Origin: Escherichia coli
Lineage (GTDB): Bacteria > Pseudomonadota > Gammaproteobacteria > Enterobacterales > Enterobacteriaceae
NCBI RefSeq assembly: GCF_009931435.1
Contig: NZ_CP043414.1
DNA length: 64,000 nucleotides
Direction: 5' to 3' (one strand)
Position numbers and translations under genes: made by a program. Shown in pieces: positions 56,028 through 64,000 of the stretch (position 1 is the stretch's first letter; the number at the start of each line of letters is the position of its first letter). The notes beneath the pieces are model-generated. The model was not told the DNA's origin and searched no databases. It saw only the letters and a program-made list of their open reading frames with translations.

Positions 56028-56230
56028 CTCAAGGCCCGCTCTGCGGGTCTTTTTTTCGCCAAAAGCAAAATTGCCTGATGCGCTACGCTTATCAGGCCTA
56101 CATGTATCCTGCAATATACTGAATTTACAGGCTTTTGTAGGCTGGATAAGGCGTTCACGCCGCATCCGGCATGACAAAGTGCACATTGATATCTGTCTGA
56201 GCCCCGCTCTGCGGATCTTTTTTCACCATA
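56028..56230. repeat. REP/BIME cluster bounded by duplicated terminator-like hairpins
   Basis: CCCGCTCTGCGGGTCTTTTTTT (56037-56058) and CCCGCTCTGCGGATCTTTTTT (56206-56226) flank REP units GCCTGATGCGCTACGCTTATCAGGCC and GGATAAGGCGTTCACGCCGCATCCGGC. Confidence 0.6.
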
Positions 56231-56365
56231 AGCAAGGTGATGCAGATGAGAAATCTGTGATCTATTTGGCAAAATTATGCTTTATTGTTTACCCTTGTCA
56301 GACTGCCCGTCATAAGGCGGCGGAGTGTATTTCTCCATTTTGAGTCAGTTGAAAAGGAATATTGA

Positions 56366-57226
<861 letters not shown>

Positions 57227-57364
57227 TCAACGCTGAGGCCAGATAATACTCTCTGGCCTCTCTCTTATTAGTTTTTCTGATTGCCAATTAATATTATCAA
57301 TTTCCGCTAATAACAATCCCGCGATATAGTCTCTGCATCAGATACTTAATTCGGAATATCCAAC

Positions 57365-58000
57365 GTGTTTTCTTATTATTTTCAAGGTCTTGCACTTGGG
57401 GCGGCTATGATCCTACCGCTCGGTCCACAAAATGCTTTTGTGATGAATCAGGGCATACGTCGTCAGTACCACATTATGATTGCCTTACTTTGTGCTATCA
57501 GCGATTTGGTCCTGATTTGCGCCGGGATTTTTGGTGGCAGTGCGTTATTGATGCAGTCGCCGTGGTTGCTTGCGCTGGTCACCTGGGGCGGCGTAGCCTT
57601 CTTGCTGTGGTATGGTTTTGGCGCTTTTAAAACAGCAATGAGCAGTAATATTGAGTTAGCCAGTGCCGAAGTCCTGAAGCAAGGCAGATGGAAAATTATC
57701 GCCACCATGTTGGCAGTGACCTGGCTGAATCCGCATGTTTACCTGGATACTTTTGTTGTACTGGGCAGCCTTGGTGGGCAGCTTGACGTCGAACCAAAAC
57801 GTTGGTTTGCGCTCGGGACAATTAGCGCCTCTTTCCTGTGGTTCTTTGGTCTGGCTCTTCTCGCAGCCTGGCTGGCACCGCGCCTGCGCACGGCAAAATC
57901 ACAGCGCATTATCAATCTGGTAGTGGGATGTGTTATGTGGTTTATTGCCTTGCAGCTGGCGAGAGACGGTATTGCGCATGCACAAGCCTTGTTCAGTTAG
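57365..58000 (+). CDS. argO: Arginine exporter ArgO (LysE family)
   Basis: 211 aa [31 protein letters not shown]. Confidence 0.9.
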   Translation: MFSYYFQGLALGAAMILPLGPQNAFVMNQGIRRQYHIMIALLCAISDLVLICAGIFGGSALLMQSPWLLALVTWGGVAFLLWYGFGAFKTAMSSNIELASAEVLKQGRWKIIATMLAVTWLNPHVYLDTFVVLGSLGGQLDVEPKRWFALGTISASFLWFFGLALLAAWLAPRLRTAKSQRIINLVVGCVMWFIALQLARDGIAHAQALFS

Positions 58001-58092
58001 GCGCTATCTGATGGAAAAATAAAACAGAGGCGCTAAGCTTGCCTCCAGAGGTCCTGAATTTTGGGCAAGTCAATTAACACGGAGAGACTAAC

Positions 58093-58833
58093 GTGAAGTT
58101 CAAAGTTATCGCCCTGGCGGCATTAATGGGTATTAGCGGGATGGCAGCGCAGGCTAACGAATTGCCGGATGGACCGCATATTGTCACCTCCGGTACGGCA
58201 AGCGTGGATGCGGTGCCAGACATTGCCACTCTTGCGATTGAAGTCAACGTGGCCGCGAAGGATGCCGCTACTGCCAAGAAACAGGCGGATGAGCGCGTCG
58301 CACAATACATTTCCTTCCTTGAACTCAATCAGATCGCGAAAAAAGATATCAGCTCAGCGAACTTACGCACCCAGCCAGATTATGATTATCAGGATGGTAA
58401 AAGTATCCTGAAAGGCTACCGTGCTGTGAGAACGGTGGAAGTCACGCTCCGTCAGTTAGACAAACTGAATTCCTTGCTGGATGGTGCGCTGAAGGCGGGT
58501 CTTAACGAAATTCGTTCTGTATCGCTGGGCGTGGCGCAGCCGGATGCCTATAAAGACAAAGCGCGTAAGGCAGCGATTGATAACGCGATTCATCAGGCGC
58601 AGGAACTGGCGAACGGCTTTCATCGTAAACTAGGGCCGGTATATAGCGTGCGCTACCATGTTTCCAACTATCAGCCCAGCCCAATGGTGCGGATGATGAA
58701 AGCCGATGCCGCGCCGGTCTCAGCCCAGGAAACTTACGAGCAGGCTGCTATTCAGTTTGATGATCAGGTCGATGTGGTCTTCCAGTTAGAACCTGTGGAT
58801 CAACAACCCGCTAAAACACCTGCCGCACAATAA
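58093..58833 (+). CDS. yggE: DUF541 periplasmic protein YggE
   Basis: 246 aa, GTG start, signal peptide MKFKVIALAALMGISGMAAQA. Confidence 0.85.
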   Translation: MKFKVIALAALMGISGMAAQANELPDGPHIVTSGTASVDAVPDIATLAIEVNVAAKDAATAKKQADERVAQYISFLELNQIAKKDISSANLRTQPDYDYQDGKSILKGYRAVRTVEVTLRQLDKLNSLLDGALKAGLNEIRSVSLGVAQPDAYKDKARKAAIDNAIHQAQELANGFHRKLGPVYSVRYHVSNYQPSPMVRMMKADAAPVSAQETYEQAAIQFDDQVDVVFQLEPVDQQPAKTPAAQ

Positions 58834-59000
58834 TACTTGTAGCCCGACGTATTGGTCGGGCTAATGCCTTTACCCGATATTGCCTCCTTTTTCTGTAATT
58901 TTCTGTAAAACCATGACGTAATCACCTATCTTTGCTCGCGGTTTCATCAAGGATAGGCTAACTGAAACGGTTAAGCGGACAAGGATGCGGGGGAGCTGGG

Positions 59001-59897
59001 ATGGACATTTTTATTTCGAAAAAGATGCGCAATTTCATTTTATTAGCGCAAACTAATAATATTGCCCGGGCGGCAGAAAAAATCCATATGACGGCTTCGC
59101 CATTTGGCAAAAGCATTGCCGCGCTGGAAGAACAAATTGGCTATACGCTATTTACCCGCAAAGATAATAATATCAGCCTCAATAAAGCCGGGCAGGAACT
59201 GTATCAAAAACTGTTCCCGGTTTATCAACGGCTTTCTGCGATTGATAATGAAATCCATAACTCAGGACGTCGTTCACGAGAAATTGTGATAGGCATAGAT
59301 AATACTTATCCGACCATTATTTTTGATCAGTTGATTAGTCTCGGAGATAAGTACGAAGGCGTGACCGCCCAGCCAGTTGAGTTCAGCGAAAACGGCGTTA
59401 TCGATAATCTTTTTGACCGTCAGTTAGATTTTATAATCTCCCCACAGCATGTATCTGCACGAGTTCAGGAACTGGAAAATCTGACTATCAGTGAACTACC
59501 ACCGCTGCGATTGGGCTTTCTCGTTTCTCGCCGTTATGAAGAGCGACAAGAGCAAGAGTTGCTTCAGGAGCTACCCTGGCTACAAATGCGCTTTCAGAAC
59601 CGGGCCAACTTCGAAGCAATGATTGATGCGAATATGCGTCCTTGTGGGATCAATCCCACCATTATTTATCGACCTTACAGTTTTATGGCCAAAATCAGCG
59701 CCGTGGAGCGCGGACATTTTCTGACGGTGATCCCGCATTTTGCCTGGCGACTGGTGAATCCGGCAACGCTGAAATATTTTGATGCGCCGCACAGGCCGAT
59801 GTATATGCAGGAATATCTTTATTCAATCAGAAATCATCGTTATACCGCCACGATGCTTCAGCATATTGCTGAAGATCGTGACGGGACGAGTCATTAA
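59001..59897 (+). CDS. ygfI: LysR-family transcriptional regulator (K-12 ygfI position)
   Basis: 298 aa; N-terminal HTH region; divergent from the scp operon. Confidence 0.75.
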   Translation: MDIFISKKMRNFILLAQTNNIARAAEKIHMTASPFGKSIAALEEQIGYTLFTRKDNNISLNKAGQELYQKLFPVYQRLSAIDNEIHNSGRRSREIVIGIDNTYPTIIFDQLISLGDKYEGVTAQPVEFSENGVIDNLFDRQLDFIISPQHVSARVQELENLTISELPPLRLGFLVSRRYEERQEQELLQELPWLQMRFQNRANFEAMIDANMRPCGINPTIIYRPYSFMAKISAVERGHFLTVIPHFAWRLVNPATLKYFDAPHRPMYMQEYLYSIRNHRYTATMLQHIAEDRDGTSH

Positions 59898-61372
59898 CCC
59901 AGCATCGAGCCGGTTGCAATTAAATTACGGTGTAAATCGAAGACGTGGCTAAGATCGTGGTGAATATGTCCGCCGGGCGCATTTTCCAGATAGCGATGCA
60001 GATAATCCCGATACATAGGATGTGCACAATTATCAATGATGGTGCGGGCGCGTTGAAGCGGGGAAAGACCACGCAGATCGGCGATCCCTTGTTCGGTGAT
60101 GATCACTTTGACGCTGTGTTCGCTGTGATCAACATGGCTGCACATTGGCACGACGGTTGAGATCTTGCCTTCTTTAGCAATCGACGGGGCCATAAAGATC
60201 GACAGATACGCGTTGCGTTCAAAATCACCGCTGCCACCGATGCCGTTCATCAGATCGACCCCGGCTACGTGCGTTGAGTTGGCATGCCCGTAAATATCAA
60301 ACTCCAGGCCGACGTTCAGAGCGATGACGCCCAGACGACGGATGATTTCCGGGTTATTGGAAATCTCCTGCGGACGCAACACAATGCGGCTGGCAAAGTA
60401 ATCCATATTGTCGTAAATCTTGCGCAGGGAATCGGCCGAGATAGTCAGGCTGGAGGCGCTGGCCCCGCTGATTTTGCCCGTTTCCAGTAAATGCACCACC
60501 GATTCCTGTAGCACTTCCGAATACATCATGAACGGAGGAATTTCCGGGTTTTCCCCTAGTCGCGCCATGACTGCATTATTGATATTGCCCACGCCACTTT
60601 GCAGCGGCAGAAATTCCGGCGGAATACGCCCATGCGCCATTTCCTGCAACAAGAACGTGACCACGTTATCGGCAATCTGCTGGCACATGGGATTTTGCTT
60701 ATCCAGCATATTACCGGCGTCGGGCAAGTTGGTTTCCACGACGGCGACAATCTTTTTCGGATCGATTTGCACATAGCGGGTACCGACGCGATCCATTGCA
60801 TGGAAGATCGACACGCTATTGCGCCGCGGTGGCGCGCCAGGAATCACAATATCCGCCAGTTCTGCAACGCGCGGATCGTGATAGTGATTGAGTTCAATGA
60901 TCACTTTCTTCGCCCGCAGCAGCCAGGTCGGCGCATTACCGATCCCGCTGGTTAACCAGACTCGACCATCCGGTGCCAGTGCCGATGCTTCAATGACGGC
61001 AACATCAATTTCGCCGAAGAAACCGTAATTGACCATTTGCGCCACTTCGCTCAAATGCAGGTCAACGAAACTCACCGCGCCCTGATTGATCTTTTTACGT
61101 AAACCGGACGATGTTTGATATGGCGCACGCCAGGAAACAGCATCGGCGTCAGAAAGTACATCGTCAGCGGCGGCGCTGATTGACGCCCCCGTCAGTAGGC
61201 GGATTTGATACGGCTTTTTGGCCTCATGCTGTTCGTTAGCTCTGCGGGCAATGGCGGTGGGAAGGGCTTTCGGCGAACCCGCCGGGGTAAAGCCGCTAAA
61301 TGCCACCATGTCGTTATGCTGGATAATTTCTGCCGCTTCATCGGCGGTCATCCTTGTCCACTGAGTTTCCAT
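59894..61372 (-). CDS. scpC: Propionyl-CoA:succinate CoA-transferase
   Basis: 492 aa acetyl-CoA hydrolase/transferase family; last gene of the sbm operon. Confidence 0.9.
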   Translation of the reverse strand: METQWTRMTADEAAEIIQHNDMVAFSGFTPAGSPKALPTAIARRANEQHEAKKPYQIRLLTGASISAAADDVLSDADAVSWRAPYQTSSGLRKKINQGAVSFVDLHLSEVAQMVNYGFFGEIDVAVIEASALAPDGRVWLTSGIGNAPTWLLRAKKVIIELNHYHDPRVAELADIVIPGAPPRRNSVSIFHAMDRVGTRYVQIDPKKIVAVVETNLPDAGNMLDKQNPMCQQIADNVVTFLLQEMAHGRIPPEFLPLQSGVGNINNAVMARLGENPEIPPFMMYSEVLQESVVHLLETGKISGASASSLTISADSLRKIYDNMDYFASRIVLRPQEISNNPEIIRRLGVIALNVGLEFDIYGHANSTHVAGVDLMNGIGGSGDFERNAYLSIFMAPSIAKEGKISTVVPMCSHVDHSEHSVKVIITEQGIADLRGLSPLQRARTIIDNCAHPMYRDYLHRYLENAPGGHIHHDLSHVFDLHRNLIATGSMLG

Positions 61373-61395
61373 TTTTACTCCTTCGTTCGCAGGGA

Positions 61396-62181
61396 TTAAT
61401 GACCAACGAAATTAGGTTTACGTTTTTCGAGGAAAGCGTTCATCCCTTCCTGGTAATCTTCGCTGTCATAAACCGCGCGGCGCATCCCCTGAATACGTTC
61501 AAATTCATCGGAGTTCATGGTGTGCGCTTCGCCCAGTACACGCAGTTCTTCTTTGATAACGGCAATGGCTAACGGCGCTTTCTCAGAGATGTGGTGCGCC
61601 ATTTGTAAGGTGAAATCTTCCAGTTCTTCCACTTCCACAACATGGTTGAGGATGCCGACAGCCAGCGCGCGCTGGGCTGTGATTGGCGAAGCGGTAAAAA
61701 TCAGCTCTTTGACAATGTGGAAGCCCGCGTCGCGGGTCAGGTTGTGAATGCCGACCAGGTTATACGGGACGCCGAGGTTTACAGGCGTCATTGAGAAGGT
61801 TGAGGTACTGGCGGCGATGATCAGATCGGAACTCATGATCATTTCAAATGCGCCCCCCCAAACACTACCTTCCACCATCGAAATGATCGGTTTCGGGAAT
61901 TTTTGGATCATGCGGGTGATTTGACGCAACGGATCATCATAGGAGAGCGGATCGCGACCGCCAGACGGCAGTTCGTGAATATCGTGACCTGCGGAGAAGA
62001 CTTTGGATCCACTCGGCGCGCGCAAAATGATACAGCGAATTTCCGGCCGGTTGAGATCGCTTAATGCCTGCATAAGATCATCAATAAAGACTTTACTTAA
62101 GGCATTAAGTTTTCGGCCATAGTTAAACTCAATGACCGCCACTTTGTTGATAGTGACAACGTTCACATACTGATAAGACAT
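61396..62181 (-). CDS. scpB: Methylmalonyl-CoA decarboxylase (crotonase fold)
   Basis: ORF trimmed to MSYQYVNVVTINKVAVIEFNYGRKLNALS start (261 aa). Confidence 0.9.
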   Translation of the reverse strand: MSYQYVNVVTINKVAVIEFNYGRKLNALSKVFIDDLMQALSDLNRPEIRCIILRAPSGSKVFSAGHDIHELPSGGRDPLSYDDPLRQITRMIQKFPKPIISMVEGSVWGGAFEMIMSSDLIIAASTSTFSMTPVNLGVPYNLVGIHNLTRDAGFHIVKELIFTASPITAQRALAVGILNHVVEVEELEDFTLQMAHHISEKAPLAIAVIKEELRVLGEAHTMNSDEFERIQGMRRAVYDSEDYQEGMNAFLEKRKPNFVGH

Positions 62182-62191
62182 AAAAATTCCT

Positions 62192-63187
62192 TTAATCAAA
62201 ATATTGCGTCTGGATAAATTCACTGAGCTGTCGCAGGCCGGTGCGCGGTGAGAGCGTATTGTTTTTGACCGCTAAAAGCGTCTGGCGGTAATAGCGATCG
62301 AAATCTTCATTCGCGAACAGGTGATTCAGTACTTCTTCTTCGGTTTGTTTACGCAGCCATTCCACCGATTGTTGTTGCCGCACTTGCTGTAAACGACCAC
62401 TGGCAGTTAGCGCGGTTTTGAAGTCGATGATGGCGTGCCAGATCTCATCGATTCCACGTTTTTCCAGTGCGCTACAAGTCAGAACTCGTGGCTGCCATTC
62501 GTCGTATTTACGTCGCAGAATATGCAGGGCACTCTCGTACATATGCCGGGCAATGGCGACATTGGTATGGTTATCGCCATCGTCTTTGTTGATAACGATC
62601 AGATCTGCCACTTCCATCAGCCCCTTTTTAATCCCCTGCAGATCATCGCCGCCACCGGCAATTTGCAACGAGATAAAACAGTCCACCATGCGGGCGACTT
62701 CCGTTTCCGACTGTCCGACGCCAACCGTTTCGACAATCACTACGTCATAACCCGCCGCTTCGCATAACAGCATTAATTCCCGCGCTCGCTGACTGGCACC
62801 GCCCAGATGGCCGGAGGATGGTACCGGGCGAATAAACGCCGCCTCGGCACGCGCCAGGTCATTCATGCGGGTTTTATCTCCGAGAATGCTACCGCCAGTG
62901 ACCGGGCTGCTGGGATCGACCGCAATAACTGCAACCTTTAATCCCTCACGAATCAACAACATGCCAAAGGCTTCAAGAAAGGTGCTTTTCCCCGCACCGG
63001 GTGTGCCAGTAACGCCCAGTCGCAGGGCGTTACCGCAGTACGGCATAATGGCATCAAGTAGTTGCGTACTTAGCGCCTGATGACGCGGGTGACGGCTTTC
63101 CACCAGCGTCATGGCCTGGGCGAGCGTGGCACGCTCACCCTGACGTAAGCGGCGAATACTTTCTGCCAGCGTGGCTTCATTAATCAT
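62192..63187 (-). CDS. argK: Methylmalonyl-CoA mutase-associated GTPase (MeaB/ArgK)
   Basis: 331 aa; P-loop GVTGTPGAGKST. Confidence 0.9.
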   Translation of the reverse strand: MINEATLAESIRRLRQGERATLAQAMTLVESRHPRHQALSTQLLDAIMPYCGNALRLGVTGTPGAGKSTFLEAFGMLLIREGLKVAVIAVDPSSPVTGGSILGDKTRMNDLARAEAAFIRPVPSSGHLGGASQRARELMLLCEAAGYDVVIVETVGVGQSETEVARMVDCFISLQIAGGGDDLQGIKKGLMEVADLIVINKDDGDNHTNVAIARHMYESALHILRRKYDEWQPRVLTCSALEKRGIDEIWHAIIDFKTALTASGRLQQVRQQQSVEWLRKQTEEEVLNHLFANEDFDRYYRQTLLAVKNNTLSPRTGLRQLSEFIQTQYFD

Positions 63188-64000
63188 GATGCTGGCTTAT
63201 CAGATTCAGTACGTCGCGCACGCTGTCGAGCATAGGCGTACCTGGACCATAAATCGCCGCCACGCCGCGCTCCTGCAGGAAGGCGTAATCCTGCGGCGGA
63301 ATGACGCCACCCGCGACCACGCAGATATCTTCGCGTCCCCATTTTTTCAGCGCTTCGACCAGTTCCGGGATCAGCGTTTTATGACCGGCAGCCAGTGAAG
63401 ATGCGCCCACTACGTGAACGTCGTTTTCTACTGCCAGGCGAGCGATCTCTTCAGGTGTAGAGAACATCGGGCTTAAATCTACGTCGAAACCGAGATCGGA
63501 ATAGGCGCTGGCGATCACTTTCGCGCCGCGATCGTGCCCATCCTGGCCCATTTTGGCGATCAGAATGCGCGGGCGACGACCATTGTCGGCAAGGAACTGC
63601 TCCGTTTGCGCAACAATAGCATCGAACTCGGAGGCCGATTTCTCAGACTGATGATAGCTTTGCGCAATCACGCCGGTAACACACTGGCTTGGCACCAGAT
63701 AACGGTCGAAAGCGGCTTCCAGCGCATCGGAAATTTCACCCAGGGTGGCGCGAACGCGAGCGGCATTAACAGCGGCAGCCAGCAGGTTTTCGTTATGCTG
63801 TGCGGCGTGAGTCAGGGCGTTCAACGCGGCGGTTACGGCGGCATCATCACGGGTGGCGCGAATGCGTTCCAGCGAAGCAATTTGCTCGTTACGCACCATC
63901 ACGTTGTCGATCTCAAGTACATCGGTTTCGTCTTCGTGATCCAGTTTGTACTTGTTGACACCAACGATGACACGCTTGCCCTGGTCGATCAACGACTGTT
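63180..64000 (-). CDS. scpA: Methylmalonyl-CoA mutase, C-terminal B12-binding part (5' end lies beyond window)
   Basis: ORF runs to the window edge; C-terminal cobalamin-binding region (MGQDGHDRGAKVIASAYSDLGFDV) is present. Confidence 0.9.
   Translation of the reverse strand, partial: QSLIDQGKRVIVGVNKYKLDHEDETDVLEIDNVMVRNEQIASLERIRATRDDAAVTAALNALTHAAQHNENLLAAAVNAARVRATLGEISDALEAAFDRYLVPSQCVTGVIAQSYHQSEKSASEFDAIVAQTEQFLADNGRRPRILIAKMGQDGHDRGAKVIASAYSDLGFDVDLSPMFSTPEEIARLAVENDVHVVGASSLAAGHKTLIPELVEALKKWGREDICVVAGGVIPPQDYAFLQERGVAAIYGPGTPMLDSVRDVLNLISQHHD

Overview
This window reads as a non-K-12 Escherichia coli chromosomal segment, in reverse orientation to K-12 numbering, running from a type II secretion cluster and tRNA-Phe (pheV) through speC, mutY, ansB, gshB, galP, metK, speA/speB, tktA, cmtBA, epd-pgk-fbaA, mscS and argO to the sbm/scp operon. 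Gene identities were assigned by reading the supplied ORF translations against remembered K-12 proteins and motifs; no database search was run. Many ORFs in the track are over-extended at the N terminus, and the starts were trimmed where the K-12 N terminus was recognisable. Four segments interrupt the K-12 gene order as I remember it, none with an integrase, transposase or IS element: (1) a lipoprotein gene between speA and speB; (2) a 7.6 kb block between speB and loiP with a LevR-type sigma-54 activator, a near-consensus sigma-54 promoter, a mannose-family PTS (EIIA/B/C/D), a SelA-like PLP enzyme and an aldolase-like gene, resembling the Salmonella D-glucosaminate (dga) locus; (3) an SPFH/band-7 gene between tktA and cmtB; (4) a five-gene module between yggC and epd encoding a PPC/DUF296-like protein and an ECF-type transporter. 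Module (4) is the best candidate for an undescribed system. The gspJ-K-L-M genes next to pheV look intact, whereas K-12 retains only remnants. No CRISPR array, prophage or IS element was seen. REP/BIME clusters occur at several convergent or terminator-proximal gaps.
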